Origin: Octopus vulgaris
Taxonomy: Eukaryota
Assembly (NCBI GenBank): GCA_951406725.2
Contig: OX597823.1
Location: 67,146,001 to 67,210,000, forward strand
Direction: 5' to 3'
Length of the DNA: 64,000 nt
Shown: positions 38,508 to 53,033 of the stretch, one piece after another
How the letters are laid out: every line of letters starts with the position of its first letter
How positions within the stretch are numbered: position 1 is the first letter of the stretch
Translations under genes and position numbers: made by a program
The notes under the pieces: model-generated
The model's database searches: none
Told to the model about the DNA's origin: nothing
The model's input: the letters and a program-made list of their open reading frames with translations, nothing else

Positions 38508-40567
38508 TAAAGTACTGCCAAACTAAAGTACTGCCAACAGCAACACACACATTCGACGGCTATCGCACTGCTTGAATCCAAAAAATATAACCTCCAACAA
38601 TGCATGAAGTCCCTCATCAATAACCAAAGATCAGCTGAGGAGAAGTGGGCCATTGAAAAAATCAAACTCAACCCCAAAGTGTTCTTTTCATTTGCGAGGA
38701 AACGCAGGGTCACTGTCTCCACTGTAGGCCCTCTAATTGACGAAACTGGCACTCTCCAAGATAATGCCAAATCCATGGCCGAGATACTGCAGAAACAATA
38801 CTGCTCTGTTTTCAGCAATCCTGATATGGCCGATCTGGGCTGTATCAGTGATGTCAACCCCCAACACACTATATCGGACATAACGTTTAGTGCCCCTGAT
38901 GTCTTAGCGGCGATAAACGAAATAAAACACAATTCAGCAGTAGGCCCCGATAGGTTCCCTGCTTGTGTCCTGAAGGTGTGTCGACACCAACTTGCATCTC
39001 CCCTTGCTAATCTGTGGAGAAACTCACTGGATGCTGGCTATATTCCAAAAACCTTCTGTCCCAGTCTGTTGTCCCAGTTTTCAAAAAGGGAAACAAGTCC
39101 CTTGCAGTGAATTACCGTCCGATCTCACTCACCTCTCATATCATCAAGGTATTTGAGAGGGTGGTGAGATCTCAAATAACCCAATTTCTGGAAAGCAACA
39201 GACGGCTGATCTCCAACCAACATGGGTTCCGTAATGGAAGGGACTGCCTAACGCAGCTCCTGCATCACTTTGAGGACATTTTGAGAGCTTTGGGAGAGGG
39301 CTCCAACACCGATGTCATCTACCTTGATTTCAGTAAGGCCTTCGACAGGGTCGATCACAAGATCCTATTGAAAAAACTATCCAACATTGGTGTCTCTGGA
39401 AAGTTACTGAAATGGATTAAGTGTTTCCTGACAGACAGATCTCAACATGTTGTAGTTGAAGGGGTAAAATCAAGCCCAGCCAAAGTCAGTAGTGGCGTTC
39501 CGCAAGGCACTGTGCTGGGCCCACTTCTTTTCATCATTTACATTAATGACATTAATGACATCATCAAGCACAGCAACATAAAAATCTTTGCAGATGACTC
39601 CAAGCTACAGAAGGTCATAAATGAGGCGAGTGACCGGACATGCCTTCAGTCAGATCTACTGGCTGTTATCCAATGGGCAGAAAAAAACAATATGCTGCTG
39701 AACGAGGATAAATTTGAGCTAATCCACTTTGGAAAAGAGGATGCCCTGAAACTCCCATACTCCCTTCCTTCAGGTGAAACTCTCGCGGCGTCCAACAACA
39801 TCAGAGACTTGGGAGTAATTGTGGACAACAACGTAAGCTGGGCCACTCATATAAACACCAAAGTTGACATGGCCCGCAGAATGTGTTCCTGGATTCTCAG
39901 AACTTTCCAGTCGAGAGATATCCACACCATTATCCTTCTCTTCTCCACTTTTGCCCGACCCCACCTTGAATACTGTTGTCCACTGTGGTCTCCCCACACA
40001 ATACAAGGTATCAAAAAAGTCGAAGCACCTCAAAGGGCAATCACAAAAAAGATAGATGGCATGACAGGCCTCGACTATTGGGGTCGACTAGAAAAGCTAA
40101 AACTCTATTCTCTCCAACGTCGTCGTGAGCGCTACATCATCTGCATGATGTGGAAAATATTCCATCAGCATTGCCCAAATGATGTTGGCATCACCTTTAA
40201 GGTACATCCAAGGCTTGGGCCCCGTGCCATCCGCCCAAAACAAAAATCGCACTCTCATATCATAACAACAATACGGCACAATTATTTCACCTCAATTGGC
40301 CCCGCTCTCTTTAACATTACACCAAAACACATTAAAACAGAAACTGACCCTATAGGGTTCAAGAAGTCTTTGGACAGATTCCTTCAAGAAATCCCGGATA
40401 AACCCCCTACACCCGGATATGTCTCTGTAAACAATAACTCTCTACTTGAGTGGGCCATAGTGCCCAAATTCTGACTTGAAAGACTTCACCAGGTGGTGCT
40501 ATTAAGTTAGACATGGCCTGGGCCAATAATGGCCGAAACCTATCAAAGTATCAAAGTATCAAAGTAT
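38508..40567 (+). mobile_element. 5'-truncated CR1-group non-LTR retrotransposon (LINE), RT-containing 3' part, inserted in a (TA)n/(TATG)n array
   Basis: GC-richer 2.06 kb island between two long TA arrays. It encodes an RT and ends in a short 3' UTR followed by an 8-bp tandem tail (TATCAAAG)x3 at ~40541-40564. Short tandem 3' tails are typical of CR1/L2-group LINEs. No endonuclease domain or ORF1 is present. Confidence 0.92.
38604..40474 (+). pseudogene. LINE ORF2 reverse transcriptase, split by one frameshift at ~39047-39051
   Basis: ORFs 38604-39110 and 39014-40474 join as ...GYIPK/NLLSQSVVPVFKKG. RT motifs: NYRPISLTS, QHGFR, YLDFSKAFDRVDH, SGVPQGTVLGPLLF, IFADD, RDLGVIVD, RPHLEYCCPLWSP, LYSLQRRRERY. 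Confidence 0.93.
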
Positions 40568-41700
<1,133 letters not shown>

Positions 41701-41791
41701 AGATAGACAGGCAGATAGATAGATAGATACATACATACATACATACATACATACATAATACTCAAACACAAATAAGCCAGATGCACACGCG

Positions 41792-41828
<37 letters not shown>

Positions 41829-42019
41829 GTGTAAATATCCATGTATATACATGCATGCATATATACATGCATCCATACATACATACATGATATATATATA
41901 TATATGTGAATATATTTATATATAATATATTCATGCTTGTATGTATACATGTATGCATGTGTGCATGTATTTATATGACTATGTATGTGTTCGCAATTTT
42001 GATACATTCTGTCCTTAAG

Positions 42020-42232
42020 GAAGCGAGCTGGTAGTATTGTTAGCATACTGAGCAAAATGCTTAGCGACATTTATCTGTCTTCACTTTCCTTGTTCAAATT
42101 CTGCCTAGGTCTACTTTGCCTCTCATCTGTGAGAAAGTCGATAAAATAAGCACCGGTGCAACACTGGGATCGATGTAACCGATTTACTACCTCGCCTGAA
42201 TTTTCTAGCCTTATACCAAAATTTGAAATCAA
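42020..42232 (+). mobile_element. SINE family A
   Basis: GCGAGCTGGTAG..TTGTTAGCA...AAAATGCTTAGCG...GTTCAAATTCTGCC...CCAAAATTTGAAA. Confidence 0.8.
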
Positions 42233-42419
42233 TATATTTTGGCCTTCATCTTGCCACCTTACACAACTTAGCTTTATAACTACGACTCTAATCGCAACAC
42301 ACGCACGTACTCACACATCTACACATACACACATATATACTTACACACACACACACATCCATGCACTATATATATATATATATATATATAATGCATATAT
42401 TCATACATACATACATACA

Positions 42420-42450
<31 letters not shown>

Positions 42451-42544
42451 GCCCTGCAGATATAAATATCTTTTTGAATATCAAAGGAAAAGTGGATATC
42501 TATAGACAACTGCTTCGACACCTTCGGCTTCTTATTTCTTTATT

Positions 42545-42705
42545 GCCCACAAGGGAACTAGGTTTTGTTAGTAAATGCTTAAAGGAGAATCTGGATACAC
42601 TAGGAATTTCATAAAGCGAAATCGACCGGCTGAAATCGACAAGTGTGATTTGTGAGTTGAACAGTAAAAATATACAAGACTTTTCTCAAGTTCCAAATGT
42701 GAATT
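42545..42705 (+). pseudogene. R4/Dong-like LINE extreme C-terminus remnant
   Basis: LGFVSKCLKENLDTLGIS*SEIDRL...TVKIYKTFLKFQM* resembles the post-RLE C-terminus of R4-clade ORFs. Confidence 0.6.
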
Positions 42706-42918
42706 CGTCTGTGTTAACTACATCCCAAAGAAGGAACCTTGTAATTTTGTCGGAAACTGGCTCCCTCCTCAGTGGAAGATTTATAAAAATTAAAGATTAA
42801 TAATTAAAAAATAGAAGATATACATACATACATACATACATACATTATTTGCAAACAACTTGCAAATGCAAGTGCTTCCAGGTGAAAACTACGCAGAGCA
42901 GATACTAACAACAAGGGC

Positions 42919-42949
<31 letters not shown>

Positions 42950-43139
42950 TGTATGTATGTATGTATTCATGAATATATGCATATATATGTAGTGTATTCA
43001 TGTGTGTGTGTAAGTATATATGTGTGTATGTGTAGATGTGTGAGTATGTGCGTGTGTTGCGATTAGTATGATGCAGAGCGAACACGGGCTTGAACCGATC
43101 AGAGCCAAAACCAAGTCCTTTCCGATCAATTTGCGCAGC

Positions 43140-44246
43140 AACCATAAGTGAAAATAGGATATTTATTTTTTGCTTTCCAATTACTGGCTGTTTTTACATC
43201 TTGTGGAATGCGCTTCATCTCTGGATCCTTCGACTCTTTTAGCACCATCAACTGTTTGTACAGTCCCTACTTTATAAATTTCAACGATTGATCCCAGTGG
43301 AAATTGCAGTGAGCCTCTTTTACGATAAAAGTTGAACTTATTAGTATCCGAGGTAGAAACCTGGACGTTATCAAAGAATCTTGAGAGGCGGTTGGATGGA
43401 ACCTACATTCGCCTCCTTATGAGAGCTCAAAATCTCTCGTGGAAGCGCCATCCAACCAAAATGCAAATATATGGGAAACTACCACCTGTGTCATCTCTTG
43501 TGAAAGGTAGGAGAGTCCAGTTTGCTGGACATTGTTGTAGAGCTGAAAAAGAAGTAATTTCTACTCTTCTCCTCTGGAAGCCATCTACTCGCAATACCAG
43601 AGGGCGCACACACTCCTACCCTGATGTAATCTCCAGGGATACAGGCATCCAGCAACAGGACCTCCGTAATGCCATGATGGACCGTGAAGTCTGGCGTAGC
43701 ATGGTAAATTCCTTTGTCTCGACCACGGTCGAACAATGATGATGATGATCCGAGGTAGACCTAACAAACACATTGCACTTTTGGTCAATGATTTGAACCC
43801 GTGACAATGCAATCTCGTATACTAGAAGTTGCCACGAAAAACCTGGATATAAGCCAAACTGTAAACAACATATTTTATACTTGCATAGTCGCTTTAAACC
43901 ATCAACTGCTGTTGGTCTATCCTCAGCTTCCTTCATGATCTGCATTCCGCAACTGTTATCTGACAACAGATTCTTCCTTGACTGTAGCAATGCCTTCACC
44001 TATTATTTAAAATTCCAATTCTTTCTTCTTCACTCCCTTAATAAATGTCAGACTGCGTGACATTTTTGCCCCGAACCGCATCCTTGTCCACTTCATCAGC
44101 TAGTCTAGCCTTGAGAGAGCATTCTGCATGATCCGTTTATCTATCGATAGAAGAGTCAGGTCATCCATGAAGGCCTTCTTAGGTGATTATATACAGGCCA
44201 TTTGTTCTGAAATGTCTGTCGCTTTGAAAATCAGCTCCATGACTAG
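43140..44246 (-). pseudogene. Decayed HERO/NeSL-like (RLE-clade) LINE RT remnant, interrupted by the RTE insertion
   Basis: Minus-strand translation LVMELIFK...KAFMDDLTLL...LMKWTRMRFGAKMSRSLTFIKG...YKICCLQFGLYPGFSWQLLVYEIALSRV, resuming after the insert with SLQFPLGSIVEIYKVG. It contains the AFMDD catalytic motif plus stops and frameshifts. Confidence 0.8.
43358..43747 (+). mobile_element. 5'-truncated RTE-clade LINE (3' end) with (TGA)n tail and 12-bp TSD
   Basis: Uninterrupted frame ETWTLSKNLERRLDGTY...RRVQFAGHCCR...AMMDREVWR, stop at 43739, TGATGATGAT tail. TSD ATCCGAGGTAGA at 43346-43357 and 43748-43759. Confidence 0.9.
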
Positions 44247-44601
44247 AATTAACGTATATATACGTGTGTATGTGTGTGTGTGTGTGCGTGTGTGTGTATG
44301 TGTCTAAACACACACAAACCCACGCGCACGCACACACACACATATATCAATAAATTGATTTAGCTCCTAGTGTTGCTTAAAGTTTTGCTGACGGGAAAAA
44401 CATAACCAGCCACTTGGACTTTCAAAAGCAAAAAACAGAAAAGGAAAATCATGAATTCCTCTTTATTAAAAAGAGAACTTAACTCCTATTGGTCAGTTCA
44501 AGTGACCTTGTTGCAGTGATAACTCAGTGACAACAGATCTAGATGCTGAAAGACAATCACCGCTTAAGGCGTGGGGATTGGTAAGAATTGGTTCCTACGA
44601 G

Positions 44602-44998
44602 ATGGCAGAAACGTTAGCATGCGGGAGAAATGCTTAGCGGTATTTCGTCTGCCGTTATGTTCTGAGTTCAAATTCCGCCGAGGTCGACTTTGCCTTTCAT
44701 CCTTTCGGGGACGATAAATTAAGTACCAGTTACGCACTGGGGTCGATATAATCGACTTAATTCGTTTGTCCGTCCTTGTTTGTCCTCTCTGTGTTTAGCC
44801 CCTTGTGGGTAGTAAAGAAATAGGTATTTCGTCTGCCGCTACGTTCTAAGTTCAAATTCCGCCAAGGTCGACTTTCTCTTTTATGCTTTCGAGATCGATA
44901 AATTAAGTACCAGTTACGCACTGGGGGCGATGTAATCGACTTGATCCCTTTATCTATCCCCTCTATGTTTAGCTCCTTGTGGGCAATAAAGAAATAAG
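44602..44998 (+). mobile_element. SINE family A tandem dimer
   Basis: TGGCAGAAACGTTAGCA...GAGTTCAAATTCCGCCGAGGTCGACTTTGCCTTTCATCCTTTCGGGG... occurs twice, each unit ending TTGTGGG..A.TAAAGAAATA. Confidence 0.88.
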
Positions 44999-45937
44999 AA
45001 TTGATTCCTGCAATATACGATCCTTCATCGGGCGATAAAATGCTTGTTGTCCGTAGAAAGAATAGCATCACAATTTCTGAAGCTCACTTGATCAAAACAG
45101 AATACACACACCTAACTGAAGTCAAAACGTTGCAGAAATGTTAAATCAACCACAATGGCTCTAACACTCCGCGGCTGCAGGTGGATGCGATTGAGGGATG
45201 TTTTATACGTTATAGAAAGAGTTTCGTTTTCGATTTTTTGGTTACATTCCCATAAACGTCAGAACTTAGCGACGTCTAGTGTAGATGAGAGATGTGTGCC
45301 TGATGAACATCGCATACTAGATATCTCTATTTCTAGCTTATCTTTTTATAAATCCACAATTTTCGTCAAAATATTCATGTGTGTGTGTGTGTATTTCATG
45401 ATTGCCGCATTCTAAGTATGTTTGTATGTCTATATCTGGCTCCTTATATTTTTTCAAATCCACAATCTTCTTCAAATATAATTGTATGCGTGCGAGTATG
45501 AATACCTTTTCACACAGAGACACATGTATATGCATATACATCCATACATTTATGTAGGTGTTTGTATGCGATGGTGTGTATGCATGCTGCGTGCTCGCAC
45601 CTATATGTGCGTGTGTGCGAGCTTGTGTGCGTGCGCCTGTGAATAGTCATCCATTGATATTCACCTGTCGATAAGACTGACATTTGATGTTACTGATTAA
45701 CATTCGAGAATATCTAAGCTATTGACCTTCATCTTCTCCGAATCAGCATTTCAACGTCACTATGAAATTATCTGAGATATTTTTAGTGTAACTTTATGAG
45801 CATTTTTGTGAATATATCCTGATCCTCACATAATTTTCATTTCAGTCAGGTGTATTTTGTTTTGATGAATTCGATCTCTGGGCAGCTGCAAGCAACTTAA
45901 TTGATATTTGTGATTGATCTCATAGGCTATGCATAAG

Positions 45938-46148
45938 TCGGTGAACTTGAAGAGAGATTAGCACGCCGGGCAAAATGCTTAGCATCATTTCGTCCGTCGT
46001 TACGTTCTGAGTTCAAGTTTCGCAGAGGTTGACTTTGCCTTGCATCCTTTCGGGGTAAATGAAATAAGTACCAGTTACGTACTAGGTTCGATATAATCGA
46101 CTGGCCCCTCCCCCAAAAATGTCAGGCCTTGTGCCGTTGGTAGGAAGG
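45938..46148 (+). mobile_element. SINE family A
   Basis: TTAGCACGCCGGGCAAAATGCTTAGC...GAGTTCAAGTTTCGCAGAGGTTGACTTTGCC...GGCCTTGTGCC. Confidence 0.83.
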
Positions 46149-46149
46149 C

Positions 46150-46207
<58 letters not shown>

Positions 46208-46279
46208 CATCATCATCATCATCATCATCGTCATCATCATCATAAATATTATTATTTGTTGTTGCTGCTGTTGTTGTGG

Positions 46280-46745
46280 CTATTGGGCGAGAGAGCAGTG
46301 CATGCCATCGTATTGACACTTGGGTATAAAGCTCAATATACCCATCATGACTAACCGTCTCATAAGAGTACACCAGGCACAAGCATCACAACCGTATGTG
46401 CGTGACAAGGTGATCTCATATTAAGATAAAAATCGCATGACCTTGCAGGCGGGGCCCATTTGCAATTTTCTTCTGGTCGAGTAGCCCATTCTGCTCATTC
46501 TTATTCAAGGTCCCGGAATAACAGTTGCTTAAGAAAGTTGAACGAAACAGCCATGTTTCCAGTGGTCACTTACTGAAACCCCCCAAAGAATTCCCCTCAG
46601 CATATGGCTATGATGCTCTCCTACTATTTCTGCTCGTGATCGGAGTTGCACATATTGTCAGCCACCGAGGGCCATGCTCAACTGGTTAAGATCAAACAAT
46701 TGACAAGCAAATCTGTGGTACTGGGCAGAATATATGCTGTAACCC
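46280..46745. repeat. Unclassified interspersed repeat; partial homolog at ~4940-5060
   Basis: Shares GTGATC.GAG.TGCACATATTGT.AGCCAC...TGGTTAA..TCAA.CAA.TGACAAGCAA.TCTGTG...GCAGAATAT with 4960-5060. Confidence 0.65.
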
Positions 46746-46757
46746 GCATTATTATTA

Positions 46758-46794
<37 letters not shown>

Positions 46795-46796
46795 GG

Positions 46797-46982
46797 ACAA
46801 GTAGAAAGATAAATTTTATCCTACGCATGGATACTGAACAGTATATATATAAAGGATAAAATCCTTTTTATCCTTTTTAAAGCAGAAAAATTTGTCAGCA
46901 GCCAGCCATGAGGGTCGTGGCTGCCGACAAAATTTTTCTGCTTTAAAAAAAAAAAAAGGATTTTATCCTTTATATATATATT

Positions 46983-47045
<63 letters not shown>

Positions 47046-47087
47046 TGTTAAGTATCTATGCGTTGAATAAAATTTCTTTCTACTTGT
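46797..47087. repeat. Long nested palindrome (foldback) with an asymmetric TA tract
   Basis: Arms ACAAGTAGAAAG...GATACTGAACAGTATATATATAAAGGATAAAATCC...AAAGCAGAAAAATTTGTCAGCAGCCA and its reverse complement surround a ~13-nt loop. Confidence 0.9.
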
Positions 47088-47196
47088 TCTACAATAGATT
47101 TCAACGCTTCAAAAAACAAAAGTTGTTTGTTTACATACGGTATATTGTTATTATTATTATTATTATTATTATCATTATTATTATTATTATTATTAA

Positions 47197-47602
47197 GTCG
47201 GAGATCTGGAAGAAGTGTTAACACGCCGGGCAAAATGCGTAGCTACTTTTTGCCCGTCTTTATGTCCTGAGTTCAAGTTTCGCCGAGGTCGACTTTTTCT
47301 GTCATTCTTGCGGGGTCGATAAAATAAGTACCAGCTGAGCACTGGGATTGATATGAGTGACTTATCACCTCCGGCGAATTTACTTTCCTTGTGCCAAAAT
47401 TTGAAATCATTGTTATTAACATTTTTCGGCATGCCTTTCGGTTCTGCACGTTCTAAGTTCAAATATCGCCGAAGCCAACTGTACCTGACATTCTTTCGGA
47501 ATCAATCAAATAAAGTACTTGTTAAGTACAGCGATCCGTGTAATTAACTACACCTTCCCCCCACCCACAAAATTGCTGGATTTGTGCCAAAATTAGAAAG
47601 AA
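47197..47602 (+). mobile_element. Two adjacent SINE family A copies
   Basis: CACGCCGGGCAAAATGC...CGCCGAGGTCGACTTT...GTGCCAAAATTTGAAA, followed by a second decayed unit ending GTGCCAAAATTAGAAAG. Confidence 0.8.
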
Positions 47603-48071
47603 TTGTTGTTGTTGTTGTTGTTTTCATTAGTCCCTGGTACTAATACCCAGCATCTAGCTTATTTATTTTGAAAGATTATTCGCCTTCCTTCTGTGCAATA
47701 TTTAGTTTCGGAAGGGATAAGGATGTTTATGAGAGAGTATACATGTTCTTATTTCATATATTTATATTATATCTGGACTGTTCGATCACCTGACATTTAC
47801 GATCACCTGGCATATTGTAACCAAGTTATTGCTATATATTGAATTTGCAGTGTGCTTATAAAAAAATTATGTTCCATTTCGACATAAAAATATCGCCATG
47901 TTACATAATGCATAATAGCTACCTACCCTGTTATATCTATTGATATATCTTTCCTGAGAACAAGGCAGTTTGTAATGAGCAGGTCAATATAATCTATATT
48001 TTGATTATACATAGTCTGCTGTTGACATTAGTCTTTTGTTTATTGACTTTATGTTCGTATATATTTATATA

Positions 48072-48105
<34 letters not shown>

Positions 48106-50245
48106 TCTCATTTTTCTTCTTTTTTCAGGCATTGATCTTGTAGAGCTAAAATCAAACCTTCCGTTTCTAACTTTAGTCGAAAGTTTTGCGCTATTTTTGG
48201 CTTTCATTTTGGCTCACTTCCTCTCTGATCAATCTTCCAGGATACTGACCATGGAGAAGCTTTTCTATCCATTTGTTTCTTTAATATATGTTGGTGTTCC
48301 GCTTTGATATTTTTGCTTCGTTTTGTTGATCTTGATTCTATTTGTATTTTAATCACTAAAATACATATATGTATAGAAATTATGGGTTGTCTTTATGTGT
48401 AGATATTGGGTATTGCACACGACGAATTTGTTATTTGGAATAGGGCTAGACACCAGAGAAGCATTGATTGAGAAACTTCCGAAAGAACCATCTTCTTAAG
48501 GGATCTAATCGTAACTTTGTTTATTCAGTCCTTTTTGTTTATTTATTGTCGTCATTTAAAGTTTCTATTTGCTCATAGCTTTGTTGATTTGCTCTTACAT
48601 AATGCTAATGTCGGGAACCAGAATACATCATTTCTCTCATATCTGAAACGACGCTGCTACTGCATATTCTAGACTGCATCTAGTAAATGGGTGCCCGACT
48701 GACTGGCCTAAAGTGGCAAATAGACATTCATTTGTCTCTGCTTCACACATTCACTGTCGCCTCTCAGAATTTCTACTGTTACTGAAATATTTTCTTCTCC
48801 TCGGATGTGACCAGATTCATGCCACGTACACGGAAGCAATTCCAGCCGACCTGGCTGTCCTTCTCTGGTCAACTTGTTCCGTTCAACCCTAAGCGCTGCG
48901 TTAATTGCTACAACCAATCCTTTCTCACAGAATGTCTGCGCGCTGGAATTCTTTCTCGCATATGTTGACTAACAAAGACTCAAGAGGAACACTAATAGCA
49001 CCAATTTCACCGGTCTAAGTTATCCTGTGAAGTCCATGAGTGCTGTGCCTTCTCCAGACGCAGCAAATCAGAAATGGTTATAATATTTGGATACATTTTT
49101 GTAAAGTGTGCTTTCTTTAAAAATAATTCGATTTTATTTGTGAGTCCTAATAATGTAAATAATATCTAAATTCACCACCAAAATAATAATGCAAATAATA
49201 TCTAAATTCACCGCCAAATGTCTTTTTTTTAGATCTACCTCAACAGAGTATGTGTTGCATATAATAAACCATACCACTTTTGAAGCCATTATAGAACCAC
49301 TGTCATATGTTTCATGTGTCTCCGACAATGTAGTCGCCAGTTCTGCATGTATGATTTGAAATATTACATACTATAAGAAATTATCAATTTATAATGAATT
49401 TTAACCACATTTGATTTGCTCAGTTGAAGAATCAAAGACGTGTTTGTTTTTTTTAATTTTTATAATATATCATCAATATAAAATCATCATATATTGATGT
49501 TGGAGAAGTAAGAAACGATTTTTCATGTTATGACTGCACCTATAAAAGCAGGGTATAAAACTCAGGACCGCAAAAAAAAAGAGAAAATGAATCACAGTAA
49601 TAATTCCAGTTTTGTTTTTATTTAGTAGTGAAGTATGAATTATCCCCCTTATACGGTAATCAGTTGCGGTGAGGTAGAAATAGACCATTCCAAACCGTGT
49701 TCTATTAATTGCAAGCTACAGGCTTTTGAACGGTGAATACATTTCTTCTTCCATTATCGAATAAACGCGCGTCTTCAGAAATCGCATGTATCACACACAT
49801 TCCTATACGTTGTTGTAAATATAAGCAGAAGTGATCGTAAGATTTATAGCATCCATGTTCATTCTTGATCTTCTTGAAACCTTTATATCAAAATCAATCA
49901 ATTAATGAAATATCTGAAATATGACCTATGAAAAATGTTTAAGTAAAGACATAGTTAATTAGCTTTCTTAGAAAATTCTAAATTTGATTCGGTTAGACAT
50001 TTGAAAATCAGTTATTTCCTGATATGTCAGTCTTCTGCAAGAGTCTAGAATCGGCTAGAATCTTACTAATGGATCCTTTCAGCTTGCATTACACACACAT
50101 GTGCTCGCATGCACACAAACACACAAAGGCACGCACGCACACATAATATTAAATATTATACATATGATAATATGAGTGTGTGCGTGTATATATATACTCA
50201 CATACATATATACGCGTATGTGTGTGCGTGTGCATGAGTGTATAC

Positions 50246-50303
<58 letters not shown>

Positions 50304-52166
50304 TCGTATGCATGTATGTATGCATGCATGCATGTATGTTTGTATCTATATACAAACATGTATGTATGTATGCATTTATGTATGCATTTATGTATGTATA
50401 TTGGTATGAATGTATGTGGTGTGCGTTTGTATGAGTGTACACTACGAAATTCAACCACCAGAGGAATATACGCTACAAGAAAAAGGTATAGATAAATATC
50501 AACACAAAACACTAAAGGTTTCAAATATAATTGAATTCATCTCACAAATTAAGCTATATTGAATATCATGGAAATAGATAAAATGAAATGTTGCTAAATA
50601 ATAATGGAAATATTAATTCGATGAGTAAGTTATACCATAGATTAATATCTTCAGGCGTCTACAGTATCAGTAGAGTTACATTGTGTATAAATCGGTGAGC
50701 TGGCAGAAAAAGTTGTGGCGATTGAGACTTGATACATTACAATATTTTATTTCTACCCCGTACTTTCTGATTTTAATACTTCCGCCGGGGTGGCTTTTGC
50801 CTGACATCATTCAACGCTTGATAAAATCAAATATGCTAATATAATACTTTTGGCCTGTAACAATCGACCTATTCTCCTCCTCTCTTACAAATTAGTAACC
50901 TTGTGTCAGTGTACAAATATTAATTTAGCTACGAATTCACAGTTCAGTTCTCTTCATATTTCAATGGTACGTTACAATAAGGCTAATTTTTAGGCGAAAG
51001 ATTTATCAGTTTGAGGTGATTAGGCTACGTTATGGATAATTGTGATGGAGAACATTTGAATGCCTCTACTCTAAGAAGCTAAGGGGCAATCAATATGATT
51101 ACGGTAGAAATGACTTTCAAAAGTTTAATACTCTTAAGATATACGTTATATGCATTTATTTAAGGAAATATTAAAATGGCGGTAAGCGATAAGATGTCTG
51201 TGGCTACATACATCATATGACCATTTGATTGAAGAAATTCCCACGTTGTTACCGCATTTTCTCTATCCCATGACTTCAGAAATCTATGAACTCCACACTA
51301 AACCTTAAAAAACACAAAGTACCCATTGCTTTTACAGTACTATCGCTACCTAAGTTGTTTGGTAGTACATCCTACTCATTCTTCATGACATAGTAATCAA
51401 AATCGTTGAATGTCGTTAAGATGGAAACTATGATACGTATCGCTAAAGTTTTCTAATACTAAATGCAGTCAAGCATTGGTTGAAATACTTTGCTCCCCGA
51501 AATCTTTGTTAAATATTTCAAATTTAAATAGTTTCTATGATCTAGTTTATCTTTCACCCGTTTGGAATAGATAACATATTCAGTGTGGATTTAGTTTTAA
51601 CTCACACAGCATGTACTTAACAATTTATGCAAAGATTTTGTTGCAACTATCTAGAAATTTTTCTGTTGTACAATTAGAGCATCGATTTAGTCTACCGCGC
51701 CTGTCTACAAAGTTTGTGATGTGTCATGTCACCTCAAACTATATTATGAAACAAACTGCACACTACATAACGCTCCAACAATAATCTTGAACCTAATAAA
51801 TAACCCTACGAGACACCCTCGAGGAATCACTCGATTTATTATAATAAGAAGCTAAATCACTTTCTCAAATCACACCCATCTATCACAAAATTAAAGGACA
51901 CATTAACCAACTTACATCTAGAGGTTAAAATAAATACGATGATCACCTGATGGGAATACTTTCCACGTGTGTGTGTGCGTGTGTATGTATACACACACAC
52001 ACACACATATAGATTTATATGCTTCTGGTTGTAGTTTAATGTTAAAGTTAGTGTTTAATCATCCTGCATATATTTCATTGAATACTGTTTACATAGCGTG
52101 AATGTGTTTTGGTTTTTGGTATGTTTATTCACAAACAGCACTTCTTTTAGTGCTGTTGACACCGCC

Positions 52167-52205
<39 letters not shown>

Positions 52206-52302
52206 TAATAATAATAATAGGGAATATGATTCCAAACTTACAGGGGAAAATTCAATTTAGTAATACTAAATCAAATTTCACAATATATAATATATGCATA
52301 TA

Positions 52303-52458
52303 AATTAGAGAGGAACCATGTAGCAATTCAACAATAATATAATTAAATCATACCATATATTTAGTTATAGGTAAATGTTTTATCTACATTAAAATTTTTT
52401 CGTATATGCCAAGATTTATTTCATTGCTGAATTGCTACATGGGTTTTTTTCTCTAATA
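52303..52458. repeat. ~33-bp imperfect inverted repeat
   Basis: ATTAGAGAGGAACCATGTAGCAATTCAACAAT versus ATTGCTGAATTGCTACATGGGTTTTTTTTCTCTAAT. Confidence 0.8.
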
Positions 52459-52891
52459 TATATATATATATATATATATAAATACAATAAGAGGCTTCCA
52501 AATAGGAAAGCGTTGTGCTAGAAAGAGCAGTAGAAATCTCAAAAAGCACAAAAAAAGGATAAATTCTCGAAAGGAATGAAAATTAAAAACGTTTACCATC
52601 TCAACTATTTCCCAGACCATGGTTTCTAACTATTTCCAGCAAAAAAAATATTCGCTGAAGGACAGTTTTCATCAGTGGGATAGCCTTTAGATTTCAGACA
52701 TACAGACAGCCAGATCCACATGTAGAACTAACGATTTGTATATCGTAACTTTTCAAACCACTGCGCAGACGCAGATTATACCCGGCGACAGAGAGAATGC
52801 CGGTAAAAACTTCGAACAAATTTATCAAACAGGCCACTGGTAATAATAATTTATTATTACCCTATGTATTATGTTTGTGTATATATGTATA

Positions 52892-52942
<51 letters not shown>

Positions 52943-53033
52943 TATATATAGTAATAATAAATATTAGGGAATGAATCCAAAATTACAGGGAAAAATCAGA
53001 TTTAGGGTTAAATCCAATTTTATAGTAAAATAT

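Noticed and set aside
49150-49218. 35-bp tandem duplication (similar ones at 30051-30079, 61537-61569, 62010-62062)
   Set aside because: Ordinary short slippage duplications with no further structure.
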